Shown: positions 1-14,711 of the stretch, piece after piece
Numbering within the stretch: position 1 is the first letter of the stretch
Layout of the letters: the number at the start of each line of letters is the position of its first letter
NCBI GenBank assembly: GCA_009914755.4
Contig: CP068257.2
Location: forward strand, 12,576,001-12,640,000
DNA: 64,000 bases
Direction: 5' to 3'
DNA from: the human T2T-CHM13v2.0 reference genome, Homo sapiens
Notes under the pieces: model-generated
What the model saw: only the letters and a program-made list of their open reading frames with translations
Database searches by the model: none
Told to the model about the DNA's origin: nothing
Position numbers and translations under genes: made by a program

Positions 1-1756
1 CTTCTATTTTCATATGAGAAGAGTAACATCCTGGATAGGAAAATAACCCTCACCCCAGCCACGTACCCCAAGCTGACTATGTCTTCATTGATTTTATTCC
101 AACCTCCAAGGTTAATCACAAGGGAAACATTGCAGACTCATTCTGCAATCAGAACTTGTCAATCAGAATCCTAAGAGTTATTCTAGACAACTTCCCATGT
201 ACATTTCTAGGAGGTCATTAGCTCCTCATTGTGACCTTGTTTAGTTTCTCTTTATTTCTTGCTTAGAATATCCATTAAGCAAATCAATCAACAATGATTG
301 AATATAATTCTAAACATTAATTTTAGTGCTGAGGCTACATTACTGAAAATGTATGGTCCCAACATTCGAGAAGCTACTGGTCTATTGGTATTGATGGAAA
401 GATAGATGACATCAGGATAATGCTATAATATAATATAGGTAAACACAGAGCATAATGAGAGTGCAAGACAAGCTTCATTCCTCAAGAAAATAAATCCTGG
501 GAAGAAAAAAGGGAATCACCTGACTATACAGAATAAAGGAGGTAATCCAGGAGTTCGACAGCTTTCTGTACAAACTCTCAGCCTTTCTCATATCTTCAGC
601 TCTGCACTTCATCCTTCCTTAGAAAGGTGGCATCAAGTTTTAAGCCCGTGCAAGTAAAATGGCTTGCTGCTTGCTAGTTACCACTCCATCGCCTTGAGAA
701 TATAGGGGCTTGGGATATGGCAGTACAGAAAAAAAGATAAAAATCCCTGCTCTCATGGAACTCATATTCTATCAAGAAGATAGAATAATTAAGATAAATA
801 AAATATAAAGTTATATTTTAATAATTGATAATTACGAGGAAATGCAGGGAAAGCTTTAGGGATTACAGAGCCAAAGCTGGAGAGAGAGTAAGCCATATGG
901 ATAGCTGAGGGAAGAGCATTCCAAGCAGAATAAACAGCAGATGAAGGCCCACGGAGGAAGCATTCCTGGGAGAAAGTGAAGGAAGCCAATGTAGTGGAGG
1001 AAGTTGACTAAGGGACCTTAGAAGTTATTGTACGGACTTTGACATATATTCTTAGTGAGGGTGCTTTGTGAATGGGAGTGGAGACAAGGATAGAAATATT
1101 GAGACCATTGAAGTTAGCCAGCCAAGAAAAGAGGATTGCTTGGATCAAAAGGTAGAAACAGAAAGGTAAGATGTTGTCATATTCTGGATATACTTTAAAG
1201 GTAGAGCCAACAGTTTACTAAGCATCCTTAATATTGAGAAAGAATAAATGGCATCAACAATGATTCCAAGAGTTTTGGTCAGAGCAACTGGAAGAATGAA
1301 GTTACTTATTGATATAGAGGAAACAGTGTAGGAACAGGTTTTGGAGAAAAATCAGGAGCAGAATTTTGGACATGTTCATTCCGATTTGCATATTAGGCAT
1401 CTAATAGGAGATAGGAGTTTGTACACACAAGTCTGGAATCCAGGGGAGAGGTCTAGGTTGACGATATAGGCATTAGAATTATTGGCATATTCGTGGTAGT
1501 TAAAACCTAGAGACTGGATGAAATTGCCTTAGAAGTGAGTGAAGATAGAAAGGAAACGAGTCCAAGGATTGCCCTGGGTCTTACCAGTCAGTATTTGTAC
1601 CTCAAGGAGATGAGGAACAGCCAGCAAGGTATAATGACAAACAGAATGCGATGTCTGTGAAACCAAATGAAAAAATGTTTTAAGGAGGAAGATACAGTGA
1701 GTTGTGTCATATTCTATTGACAGGTCAGGCAGGGTGAGGACGCAAAACTGATCACT

Positions 1757-2056
1757 GGCCAGGTGCAGTGGCTCACGCCTGTAATCCCAGATATTTGGGG
1801 AGGCTGAGGCAGGTGGATCACTTGAGCTCAGGAGTTCAAGGCCAGCCTGGCCAGCACGGTGAAACTCCATCTCTACAAAAAAATATAGAAAGTATCTGGG
1901 CATGATGGCTCATGCCTGTATTCTCAGCTACTTGGGAGGCTGAGGCAGGAGAATCGCTTCAACCCGGGAGGTGGATGTCACAGTGAGCCGAGATTGTGTC
2001 ACTGAACTCCAGCCTGGGCAACAGAGTGAGAATCAGTAAAAAAAAAAAAAAAAAAG
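1757..2056 (+). mobile_element. Alu SINE (AluS-like), full length with poly-A tail
   Basis: Begins ggccaggtgcagtggctcacgcctgtaatcccag, has the dimeric Alu body and ends in A(22). A (GA)n run follows immediately. Confidence 0.85.
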
Positions 2057-2072
2057 AGAGAGAGAGAGAGAA
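2057..2072. repeat. (GA)n microsatellite abutting the Alu poly-A
   Basis: The run agagagagagagagag is read directly from the sequence. Confidence 0.8.
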
Positions 2073-4536
2073 TTGACCATTAAATTTAGCCATGATCCTT
2101 GATCTAAGACATTTTGAATGTCTTGATTCTGACAAAAGCATGATTGGAGTTATTTCAAGTGAGAATAGAAGTAAATAAGGGGAAGACTGCAAAAAGGAGA
2201 TAACTTACTCAAATGCCCTGTTGTGAAGTGGTGCAGAGAAGTAGTACCATAACTCAAAGAGGATAAATGATCAAGAAAGATTTTTGGTGGGTTTGTTTAA
2301 TCAAAGACCTAAAGAATTTCTAAAATGTAGTGGTTTATTTTTTCATTCTCTGTGATTAAACAGTTTTTAAAAAATTATTTACATTTGTTGTAACTGGATT
2401 TTTGGAGGAAGAGGAGTTAAAACTGTCTGTTTTTCATATGTCATGTTTAAAAAGAAGTTCTGTGTACTTATTCACTTGTTTTTAAAATCCTTTTTATTAA
2501 GGTCTTAAGAAAATTAACTGTTTGTTTTTTGTGTATGTTTCACAAAATTTTCCAGTTTGCTTTTTGTTTTCTTTCAAGAACAGAAGAGTTTAATTTTCAT
2601 ATCATTAATATGTAGTCAAACATCAGTGTTTTTTATGGTTTCTAGGTTTTTGTAATTATGCTTAGAAAACTCTTTTACAATCAAAAATTAAGGGAAAACA
2701 TCAATTATGTTTTCTCTTAGAATTTTATTACTTTTAATATTAAATATTGGATCATGGAGTATTGCATTAGGATATAAGGAGGTAAAATCTTTAGATTTTA
2801 AAAAGTACAACTGAAGCAATTTTGAGTTTGTTTTTCATTTGTTTGTTTTTCCGAACACCTGCTTGAAGGCTTATTACACCAAAATACGTAATTATATTCT
2901 GACTTTAGGTAATCCTGCAGAAGATGCAGTCCTGATGAATGAAGTGAATATTCCAACTAACTTAATTTATTCCCACCTCAGCCATTGGAATGGAAGTTTG
3001 AAGCAGAAAGTAAGTTGAAGTAAAGAAGGTTTTACCTTAGCTGAGTTCGTAGAATGAGATGCCAGCCTTCTGCATAGAACACATACCACACTCAGTAAGG
3101 GGTTCCAGTGAAGCAGATTCCATTTCCACCTGAGGTAACAAAGTAAGTTTTATGCAGATGGTCACATTAAACTCGAATTTAGAAGAATTAGTGGTATTTT
3201 GAAACATCCAGAGTGAGAAGATTATTTAAATGGCCAGTTTAGAGGCAGAAAAATAAAAGGCATAATACAAACATGGAAAATAATATTGGGGGAATTTAAA
3301 GAATTTAAGTAAGACATGGTTAAAGACATTTTGAAATGTGAAAGCCAACTAAATAGAATTCAAGAAAAATCTGAAGAAATATGACACACTTTAAAATAAT
3401 GTAAGAAATTTGGCTGCTATCATTAATTTTTTTAGTAGATGAGTGAGTCTCTAAGGAAAGTCAACTGTCAGCTTTTTGCAAGGAGCAAGACTTTCTGAAA
3501 ATGACCCAGGTTATCTGCTCTTGACAAAGAAATAGCTGAAATGAGGATTTTCTCCCACTTCTCCTAGCCAGGAAAGTAAAATCCAAGCCCAATTTCCAAT
3601 GGAACAAGAGGCTTCCACAGTTCTACCCACAAGAAGTGGGGACTGAAACTTCCCATGTGCCCAGGGTCTTCACGTTCAAGGCAGTAGTGGCCTCTACAAC
3701 AGCACACAAACCCACAAGCACACAGTTTCAGCACGCTTCTCTGAGGGAATAAATGGAGAATGGTAAACTGTGCCTTATCTTGTCTTGCTCTAAACTTCTC
3801 CACTGAAGTCTATTCTTTAACCCATCTATACGATGGTAAGAAATTTATGCCGAGTCCTGTTGTAAGACAAGTCTTGATTCCAAAGGGACCCATCTTACAG
3901 GACATCAAACTATAAGAAACAAGTGTTTGAAACCATGGACACAAAAAATTAATGGATCTCTTTTTCAAACTGTGGATCTATGGAGCTATAATTTGTTTTT
4001 CTTAATAAAGATGCAAATCAGAACAGCCATTTGCTGCAATTTCCACCTTTCAAATAAATGCATACAAGTAAAACCTGATTAAAATAAATATCACATTCAG
4101 AAAACAGCAATATAAGAAGCTCCAAAAGATCAGCCTGTGAATTTTACATGGAAATGGAATAGGGGAAGTTACAGGTCATTACTTTGATGAAATTCCCAGA
4201 TCTATTTTTCCAGCAAACTGGGTCCACCTCCACCTTCTACCCACAGAACATCCAGCCACCTACACACTAGCTTCTTCCCCCTCACCAAGTCCATCCAAGT
4301 AGAACTTAGCCAGTCATTCTGATCCACTGCACCCTAGGAGTAATTGAGAACCATATGAAAAAAATGTGTGCAGGATACCATAATGTTCTTTTCTGAAGAA
4401 CATTAAAGATAAATTCACTGAACTGTATCAAAGAACTAAATTTTCAGGCAATGGTATGAAAACAATATTAATCAAGCTTTCTTTGTTTGCTGCTGAGTAA
4501 TTGAGTAACGTTCATTACTCTATTTTGGGAGTAGGA

Positions 4537-4566
4537 AAGTGAATGAATGAATGAATGAATGAATGA
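4537..4566. repeat. (GAAT)n microsatellite, about 7 units
   Basis: gaatgaatgaatgaatgaatgaatga. Confidence 0.85.
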
Positions 4567-7500
4567 GGGACTAAGCTGTAAGAGGTTAATAATCACAATA
4601 ACTACTATTTATTCAGGCTATTGCACTCCAAACATTAGCCTTGAGAATAACACCATAGGGATGAGGAAATTGCAGTTCAGTTGCCCAAAAACACACATCT
4701 TTTTTTATCAAAGAAAAGCTAGAATACAAATCTTGTGGGACTCGTTCCAGTGTCCTTAATATTTATTACCACACTGATGGTACTAAGGATCTACTTGCAG
4801 GGTCTACAATAACTGGAAAGTGATTTCAAATGAAAATTTGCTTAACAGAAATGATGATTAGCTCTTGCTAGAACTGATTTCATTGTTACCAGTCTCCTAG
4901 ATATAATCCTGGGCCTACTAGACTAAGGATGAAGCTCTATGTAAATATTCTGCCTTAGCTTAATGTAAATTTCAGATCTATTAAACTTACTTCAGGAAAA
5001 TGAAATGGAGGCTTTCCTATAATATTCTGTGCAAGAGAACCATTTTATGATAAAACTGCTTTTTTATTCTTTGACCACTTAAATTGTCCTACTTTAGCTT
5101 TTTATTTCTCCAAGTTTCAATAATATTCACTAATTGGAAAATACGTTTTCTTGACAAAATATGCACTATTTAGAAAATATAGGTACCGGAAATTTTTTAA
5201 AAAAACTAATGAAGTGAGTGTGTGCTTAAGAAAAGAAGTATCGTACCCAAACAAAACAATGCAAATAAATTTTGAATGCAGAAAAACCTACCTTTTACAA
5301 AGATGAATGACAATGAAATGTCACCTTCTTAACTATTTTTATGTACTTCACTTTTTTGTTTTTGCTTCATTCAATTTTTATTGAATCAAACTTTAAGCAA
5401 ACTTGCTTAACGAAATCTGAAATTGGGGAGTGACTGTATTGAAATTTGAAAGAAAGCTACAATGTAAGGCAGGGTTGTTGCCCAGAGAGCCTAGCAGCTG
5501 CCTGACAAGACACCTGACAAGCTGGAATTGTTGAATTCAGCAGGGTTCAGGGCCTAGTCTTTCATTTTGAAGTTCAGGAGCCTGATTATATCTGCACATC
5601 TATTACGGATTGCTTCACATTAAATAATCTCATTTACAAACCAATCCCTCTCTCACCATGATTGACATTATAACAACCATTTTGATTAAAGGATACAACT
5701 TCTTTAGGTCACATATTTCTAAAGTAGCTAAGCATACATGACCCACAACAGGCTAGTCTTCCTTGTGATCTTCCTCTTCTAGCCAAAAGTGATAAGTCAG
5801 TATTGGTGCTCAATCCAAAGTAGGCCAATCATGGTTGATTCTGCTGGAAAATACAAAAGAGAAAGAGTAGCTATATTCAGAAAATGTAAATCTAAGGGCT
5901 GTCTGTAGCCATGTTTTCATCTTGTGGCTAAATGAAACATGAAGTCCTTTACAGAGTATATTAACATTAATCTGCAGAGAAAGCAGGAAAAAAGAAAATA
6001 ATAAAGGCATGTGAGACTTCCTAAGACCTAGTAGTTTTACAATATGTTCCCTCTTTTCGCTTAGGTATTTGATTTGGATTCTAAGTAATACACTCTTTAA
6101 TACAAATATTTTTTGTAAAGTAAAAATCATAGATCTAGCTGGTAGAGATCTCTCTGTTAAAATCTGAATTCCGTCACTTCTAATCTTTCACTTAGAGGAA
6201 GTTGCTTAATAGTGCTTGTCTGGGTTTTCTCTTCAGAATGATTGTGGTAATTTACATTTCTACCAGCTGTTTATGAGATATTTTCCAACAGTTTCACCCT
6301 CACTAGATATTTAATGTCTTTAATATTTGCTAATCACCAATCTAATAAATGTGCTACTTTGTTGATACTTACATTTTCATATGCTTTATTATAAAATAAC
6401 ACATATGAGGAAAAGAAGGTTGAATTTTTTTTCTTGTTTATTAATCATTTCCTGATTCATGTGAATTAAATTCTTGGTCCATTCTTCCTATTAGGGGCTC
6501 ATGTTTTTCTAAATTATTTTTAAGAGGTCCTTATATAGCAGAAGTAACAACTATTGGTATCTGTAATTTTTGCAAATATAGTTTCCCTGTTTGTCACTTG
6601 CTTTCTATTTTGTTCAGATATCTTTGAGCTGGAGAATTTACAGTGTGTACTCAAGCCTAAGTCTGTTTTCTCTGTTTTGGTGTATGCCTTGTTTGATTTT
6701 CTCAGGAAGCCTTTTTATTATTAAATTATGCGACTATTTCTAGCTTTTCCTCTGGCATGTTATTTCATCTTTCACATTTAAATGTTTAATCTACCTAGAA
6801 TTAATGTTATTGTGTGGTATAAGTTAAGGGTCTATCCTCATCTATGTTCCAATTGGTTAAAGTAACTCTTCAGTTGTATAGTAAATCCTTACTTGTTTGT
6901 GTCTCGGTGTTTTTTATTCTAATCCATTAAACTATCTGGTTTTACAATACTGCATTGTTTTAATTACTCTAGCTTCCAAATAATGTACTATTTCCAGAGG
7001 CTTTTTCATTTCCATAAAACATTTAAACTAATAAAGTTTTGTTGCAATTAAAATGTGTTTTTCTGCTTGTTTTATTTGATTGATGTAAAATACTTTAAAT
7101 TCAATAACTTCTTACCAATAATTTTATAAAGAACCTGACAAAATAATCACTTTGAAGAGTTAACTTTGCTTTGAATTCCTGTCTCCTCTTTTCTAATGTA
7201 AGGTGAAAGATCTACAGTACTGGCAATTCATTTTAAAAATATATATGAAAAGACTGCCCTTCTGTGACAATATAATTCACACTTTTATCAATTTTACTAG
7301 TTTTCAGTAGACTTCAGGGTGAAGAGGATAAAACAGCATCCATACTTTTGAACATTTATGTAAATATATCATTAGAAATAAATAATAAAGGGAAATTTAT
7401 TTCCAAATCACTCTCCTTTTTTCTTTTCTCACTTTTTTCTTCTCTCTCTCATCTTTGTTCAACTGATAGCTCTTGTAACACAGAAATTTATGTTTCATTA

Positions 7501-7959
7501 TGCATATTCTTTACCAATTATAAAAATGGGCCAATCCTATTTCAAGTGATATTGATACCTAATACTGAAAAAAGGGCTAAACGTCCCAAAGTCTTTGAAC
7601 ATCTTTATGTTAAAAAGGTGTTGTACTACATAGAGAGCTTTATTCTGTGACTCTGTGGCATCTGGAAACCAGGAAGAGCCTGCTCTGGAATTCATATAAC
7701 ATGGCCTCTGGCTGAAGAGTGGAAATACCAAGTCTTATTGGAGAGAGTCAAGGTGGTATAATTATTACAGGTAGACATGTATATGCCCACTGTGTCTTAA
7801 GTGAACGTGTATGTGAAAAGGAGGAGGAACTGTAGCACATGGCAGAGTTATCTGTTCTCTCTAGGCTGCTAGATTTAAGAACACCAGAAACAGCAATCCG
7901 GCTTCAACTGAGAAATCTGCTGAGGAAGTTTTTTCTAGCTGAGACAAACATGAAGGCAG

Positions 7960-8345
7960 GAATGTTTTGTAGGTCTGCTATAGACTGAATGTTTGTGCCC
8001 CCACAAAATTCATATGTTGAAGCCAAATACTCAGTGTCATGGTATTTGGAGGTGAGGCCTTTGGAAAGTAATTAGGTCATGAGGATGGAGTTTCCATGAA
8101 TGAGATTACTATCCTTATAAGAAGAGACATAAGAGAGCTTATTTCCTCTTTCTTTCTGATCTCCACCATGTGAAAATATAAGGCTGTCATCTGCAAAACA
8201 GGAAGTAGGCCCTCACCAGATACCAGATCTATCAACACCTTGATCTTGGATTTCCCAGCCTTCAGAACTGTAAGAAGTAAATGTTTACTGTTTAAGCCAG
8301 CCAGATTGTGGTATATTTGTTATAGCAGACTGAACTGACTAAGAT
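7960..8345 (+). mobile_element. MaLR-type LTR fragment (MLT1-like)
   Basis: Contains the characteristic 3' motif ...cagaactgtaagaagtaaatgtttactgtttaagccagccagattgtggtatatttgttatagcagactgaactgactaagat. The family is assigned from memory of the consensus. Confidence 0.5.
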
Positions 8346-8904
8346 AAGGCCTAAGTAAATCTATAACAAAGCGTATAGGCAGCAGGCTAAAAATGCCTTT
8401 GCATTTATGGAAGTAACATTCCTTGACAAAGCTCCCCTTTAGTGCAGCAATGAAATTTCAGAAAATGAAAATTAAGAGCATTTTCCGGATTGCAAAGATA
8501 GACATCCACCTTTGCAAATGTCTAGTCTTTGTAAGATAGTAGCAGTGTTTCAAATGACACTTGCAGAAAAAGAAGAGAATATGTTTGAGTGAATTTTCCC
8601 CAAAAATGTGGTAAATATGTTCATCAGAATAATTTTTCTACTAGGAAACATCCTTAAATGACTTTAAATTTGCAATTTATGTATCTATACAATGAGCACT
8701 GATTGCCTGGTATTAAATAGCCCTAACATTCTGTCAGAGCTGAAACCAGATTCTTACAATAGACTTGGCAATGCTAAATACTGGGTTCTGTAATAACAGC
8801 CCTCACAACTAGGAGTTGGCTTTTGACTAAATTGGCTGGTCAGTGCTATGAGATTCATGAGCGTCCTATTAGCTACGAACATTTGAAAAAAATGTAGCCA
8901 AAAT

Positions 8905-9465
8905 ATGGAATCAACCTAAGTGTCCATGAATGGAGGAATGAACAAAGAAAATGTGGTATATATGCACTCACACACACATGCACAATGGAATATTATTCAA
9001 CCATAAAATAAAAAGAAATGTTATTTAAAACAACATGGATGAGCCTGGAAGACACTATGTTAAATGAAATAAGCCAGGCACAGAAAGAAAAATACTGCAT
9101 GATCTCACTTCTGTGTGGAATCTAAAAGTTAAATTCATAGAAGAGAAGGGTAGGATGGGGGTTACCAGGGGTCACGGTGATGGGGGTATAGAGGAGAAAT
9201 GAAAAAATATTGGTCAAATTGTACACAGTTTCAGTTAAGATCTCCACCCAAGATCTATTGTTCAACACGATGACTACAGTTAATACTAATGTACTGAATA
9301 CTTGAAAATTGCTTACAGAGTAGATTTTAAATGTTGTCACCACAAAAAAAAAATAGGTACATGTGGTGATGGATATGTTATGGGGCTTGATTTAATCATT
9401 CCACAATGTATACATATATCAAAACATCATGTTGCACCCCATAAATATATATGCTTTTAAAAAGA
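8905..9465 (+). mobile_element. LINE-1 3' end (older L1M/L1PB-like), 3'UTR portion
   Basis: tcaacctaagtgtccatgaatggaggaatgaacaaagaaaatgtggtatatatgcac ... aataagccaggcacagaaagaaaaatactgcatgatctcacttctgtgtggaatctaaaag ... matches the L1 ORF2-end/3'UTR consensus. Confidence 0.7.
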
Positions 9466-9933
9466 ACAGAAACAAATTTACACTTGGGGATGAATTAACT
9501 CTCCTCTAAGAAATCACATACATTTTCAGTGATTTTGTACTGTGTGAATATAGCTAGGCTAGTGCTACATTTTCCAGAATTCTCTTCTTTGTAATTTCAG
9601 GCCAGGGCCAACCATAGGAGAAACGATAATTGGAACGGCCCCAAAGCAGCCACCACTAGGCTTTATAGTTCTATGCAGGGCATCAGGCAGTATTGCAGTG
9701 CAAAGAACTTTGTTACTGGTCTGCTGGCTCATGTTGTTGGTGTGGGTCAGCAGGCAAGCCCACAGAGCCTCCACATCCCGTGGATCTCCCAGTTTAGCTT
9801 TTCTGAGTCCTGAAGCAGGCATGTGTACAGTTCTGTAGTAAACACAGCAGCTACGCATACAAATCACTCACATCATCATGGTTGGATATTTTGAGAAGTG
9901 GGTATGGTTTCCAGTTTGTCCTAGGTCACTGAT

Positions 9934-9936
<3 letters not shown>

Positions 9937-9974
<38 letters not shown>
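9937..9974. repeat. (GT)19 microsatellite
   Basis: Perfect GT run. Confidence 0.9.
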
Positions 9975-9976
<2 letters not shown>

Positions 9977-12900
9977 CCACTTCTGGCCCTATTGATCTAT
10001 AGCAACTTCAGGCTGCCCACCAAATGCAGTGGTAACATTCTTCTATGATTCGTCTACCCTATATTAAATCCTGATTCCTTATCATTCATGGTAAGTCTTC
10101 TTCCCTGGTTGTAACCTATAAAGTTGGGTGCCTGGAATGAAGGTGTTACCACAACAAAAACCCAAGCCCATTGGCTCTGGGACAAGATAGCAAGAAGAAG
10201 ATGAAAAGGACTTGAGAAGACCTTTAAAGCTGGAAGGGGCTTCACGAGACAATGAGGATGCCAAAAATATTGAGGATATTGTTATTGGAAAGTTCAGTCA
10301 CACAGCTCCCTGTTGTAATATGGAAATTAAATAGGATATCTAGCACACTTTTTGATTTAGTTGGAGAGCTTTGCAGACAGAATAAGAAAAATGCCCCCAG
10401 GCTTTTTCTAGCTTCCTGTAATTAAGTACAACATTGGTTGGGGGAGAGAGGCTAGGAAAGAAAGAGAGAAACTGTTCCATTTTAATTTATATTTTAGGAA
10501 TTTAGAAGAAATATAAAGGACCCAGAGATTGTTGGATTTGAAAAGAAAATGTTTATTCATCCCCAGTTATTGCAAGCAAAAATTCTCAAAAAGAAAAGAA
10601 ACAGCTTCAGCAAATATAAAATCCAGCACACTAAAAGAAACTCAGGATAAAAATCACAAGTATGTGGCTGCTATAAATCATTTAGTTGAGACCTCAAAAA
10701 CTGTAAGGATGAAACGGGAGAGTTCCCTGATCCCCCTCACTGGACATGTGACAGGGGTGTGGCTTGCCTGTTCAGTTGAGCTATTTGATTGCAAAACATG
10801 GCCATTCTGTGTGGAGGAGGACCCAGAGGTCAGAATCAATAGCACAGAAGGCAGTAACAAGAAACAAGGGGAATCATTTCCAGGAAGCAGACCTGTTCCC
10901 AACCCTGAATGTCAGAATTACTAATAACCAATAACAGCCGTGCCTCTGTATTCCCTCCACTTGTGAACTGGAGTTTCTACTGCACTTACCTTTCTTCATC
11001 TCACCATTGTGTGGAATTAGAAAAAGTCTTTTTAGTTCACAGCTTATCAGATACAGAGGAACAAGGGCCAATTGGCCAGAACACCTCATCCATACCTGGA
11101 TCTGAATTAGATGATAGCCTCTTGAAACCTGGCCTAAGAATGGTGCTATAATGCAATGAGAATTTCACAAGACTCATGGGAAGGGTTAAATGTATTTTGT
11201 GTATGGTCAGAGGGAAGGCAATGGCTCATTAAAGATGACCATAAATTCTTTGACATTCATCTCATGTACTTATGGGGTATACATGCCTTCTCCTTGAACC
11301 TAAATGGGCTCTTTGACTGCTTTGGCAAATAAAACACAGCCAAAATGATGTTATGTCAGTCCCTGGGCCCAGGACTTAAGAGATGAACATTTTCATTTTG
11401 TGTCTTGGAATACTTGCCTTTGTAGTCTTGAGTCTTCACATAAGAAGTACAATTATCTTGCTAGAAGGACCATTTGGAGAAGTTCTAAGACTACATGGAC
11501 AGGGAAAAAGCCCAGATGAGCCCAACCTTCCAACAATTCCTGCTATGGCTAGGCCTGTGAGTGAACCCGTTTTGGATCTCTGAATCAGCTCACCAGCTGA
11601 ATATTACTACATGATGCCCATCAACATCACAGGGAGCAAATCATGAGATATAATTTTTTTTTGTTTGTGTAAATAAATAAGGCTTGGGGTAATTTACTAC
11701 ACTGAAATAGATAACTGAAATTATATCTCAATGTTAGGCATCCCAGGCTTCAGCTGCTGGGACATGGAAAAAAAGCCATCCTTATCATTTTATTATGGCA
11801 AAGGCAAAGCACTTCCCCTTTTCTTGGCCTTCCTGGCAGTGAGTTGGCCTCAAGGTATAGAGCTATTCTTTGCTTCCCATACTGTAAATCTTACCAGCAC
11901 CATTCTTACTGGGTTAGTAAGCTTTTTAAACTTTGGAATCCAATAATTGGAAGCCATTTGTATCTCATACCCAGTTACATCCCCCTCCCAAGCTTTATCA
12001 GCAATAATTGTGTTTTGGCCTCCATCTACACTCTTTTGTTGTATTTCTCTTACCTTCAGAACTCAGGTAGATATGGGAGTAGGGAAAGGAGTATTTCCTT
12101 CATCCCCTTCTAAACTTCATCAACGTGTAGTATTTCTGCCAAGCCCAACATTCAGAATTTTAATGCAATCAGATTAGCTTTATTTGCTTTTAAAAGGCAG
12201 TAAGAAGAAAGGAAAGAACTGATTTATTTGTCATGTTCCATTAACCAACTCTAATAACTTTCTATATGCTCCCTAAACAATTTAAATGCATTTCTGCAAA
12301 TTGACCTGCCTTTAATCTCTTTGATACATATCTGTTAACTGGGAGGTTTATATCTACATAGACACCTATACCTCCCTGTATTTAAAGGGTGAGTAAAATT
12401 ATACAGCTTTAATACTTATTTTGTAAATTTATTTACCTCTCATTTCATTTTAAACATAAAAATTCCATTTAATCATATGCTATATCCATAAACCAATATG
12501 TTTTAAACTTAGTCTGAAAAAGTCATAGGAAATAATTTACATTAAAGCTGTTCTAAGAATTCACAACTTCTGCTTATTGTTGGCTTTTGGTTTCCTCTCA
12601 GAGTTGGCCATCTGGGTAGCTATTTCTTGGACTTCTTCCCTCACACCTATGCTCCAGCTACCACAAGGCACATAACCTGGAAAGCTTCAAGCCTGGTTTA
12701 ATCTTCTTAGGTGAAGTAAGATTACAAAAGCACTGTTTATCTCACTAAAAACCTTTCATTTGGATTACTTGGGAGTTCCTTCCAAAGGGACATGTGTGTA
12801 ATGACAAGACATCCCTTTCTTTGGTCTCCATGCTTTCTTCAGCAGGGGTCAAGGAGAGCTCCATATCTCTGTGTTCTGGTGAGAGACTCACCACTCTCTC

Positions 12901-14297
12901 TTCTCCCAACTCTAACCCCTGTGCTCAAAGCTTCTTCATCACTATTTCCCTTAAGACCATTAAGATCAATCTTATTATGCTGTTTGTCTTTATTTACCTC
13001 AACCACTACTAAAAACACAGGTCATCCCTCATTTCCCATACCATAGGCACCATTAGGTATGTGAACATCCCTATGCAGATTTCATATCCCACCCGTTCCC
13101 ATTTTGGAGCTTTTCTGCTATGTTTTATGAACTCACAGTCATTCAACAGCAAAATCCTCTGTGTCCTTAACTTATTTTCTTACCTTCCTAGTCTGAAACT
13201 AGATTCTCTCCTAAAGACACTTGTTCCTTTGCAGCTTTCTTGAGTAATAACTGTTTTCTCTTATACCCTCCTCATACAACTTGGCCTGGAGGAAAGAAAG
13301 TTGCCTCTTTGCTCAACATTGCTACTTCCAGATCATGCTCCTTCTTCCCTGCCATTGCGATATATTACTATCACCAGCCATGCCTCCTCATTGTACCATT
13401 CATAGTGCTCTCATGTCTTGAATTTAACACCTGGCTCACTGTCAGTCTTTTCAACACTGTTCCTGCCAAAATTCTCAGTGATTTCAAGTATAAGACCTAG
13501 TTGATCCTTCCAAATCACTGGATCTTTGATTTCCTAAACTTTTCTCTAATGATTTCAACTCTTACCCTATCTAATACATTCACTTTCATCATTGTATGTA
13601 AGACTTGGCCCCATCAACAAAAAATGCAACTTCTCCATATTTAAATTTCAAGAATCCCACTCTTCGCTGACCACCTCCTATTTTTCCACTAACAGATATG
13701 GACAAGAACAAGACAGAGTTTGTGAGAGCTGATATGATCATGTTTTAAACCCTAGGCTAAGGCAGCCTAAAGAAACTGCATTTCATAAAATTGTTTTATT
13801 ACTTTATTTTCAGAAATTTGAATATTTTTCACCTCTGTGTGTAATACTATATTAGACATCTTTGTGCAAATTGTTGATTTGTGTATGTATTACATAACAA
13901 CATACATCTCCAAGAGTTAATGGATGCAGAAGGATTCATTTTAGTACTCCTAGTATATTATTTGAAAGTGGTTAGCTGGTTAGCTTTGATCTAAAGAGTT
14001 ATGATTATGATGAGTGCTGGAGAGATAAAATACTTATTTTTCCCTCTATAATTCAGTATTGTTTGAACTTTTAAATAAGAACCATCATATATGAGTCAGT
14101 TATGTAACTAAAAGCTTTCAGTTTTGAAAATAGCAAGTAATATTAACCAGTGATTCACAAAAGAAAAAAAAACTATCAATGGATATATAAGAAAAAATGT
14201 CCCAAAGATGAAGTCTGAAGCCAGTATGAATATTCTTTTATTCTTTGTATCAAATTAATTATTCTACCTTCATAATTTTAGAATTTTTCTCAATACT

Positions 14298-14711
14298 TGT
14301 ATTAGTTTGTCCTCGCACTGCTATAAATAAGTATCCAAAACTGAGTAATTTATAAAGAAAAGAGGTTTAATTGGTTAATGGTTCCAAAGGCTGTAGAGAA
14401 AGCAGGATGCTGGCATCTGCTCAGCTTCTGGGGAGGCCTTAGGAAACTTACAATCATGGCAGAAGGTGAAGCAGGAGCGTCACATGGCAGGAGCAGGAGG
14501 AAGAGAGAGAGAGTGGGGAGGCTCTACACACTTTTCAACAACTAGATCTCCTGAGAACTCACTATAGAATACCAAGGGACGGTGGTGCTAAACCATTAAG
14601 AAGAAATCACACGCTCATGATCCAATCACCTCCCGCCAGGCCCCACCTCCAACAGTGGGGATTACAATTCAACCTGAGATTTGGATAGGGACACAGACCC
14701 AAACCCTATCA
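14298..14711 (-). mobile_element. THE1/MST-family MaLR solo LTR (reverse orientation)
   Basis: Reads as the reverse complement of the THE1 consensus: gtattagt...gagtaatttataaagaaaagaggtttaattggtt...cttacaatcatggcagaaggtgaag...gatccaatcacctcccgccagg...caaaccctatca, that is TGATA...TAATAC termini in reverse. Confidence 0.75.

Noticed and set aside
1529-1903. 124-aa minus-strand ORF
   Set aside because: It overlaps the Alu at 1757-2056. The same applies to the ORFs at 23188-23592, 24542-24894, 35712-35984, 43119-43433, 49455-49718, 50621-50836 and 52814-53095, all of which are Alu-encoded frames.
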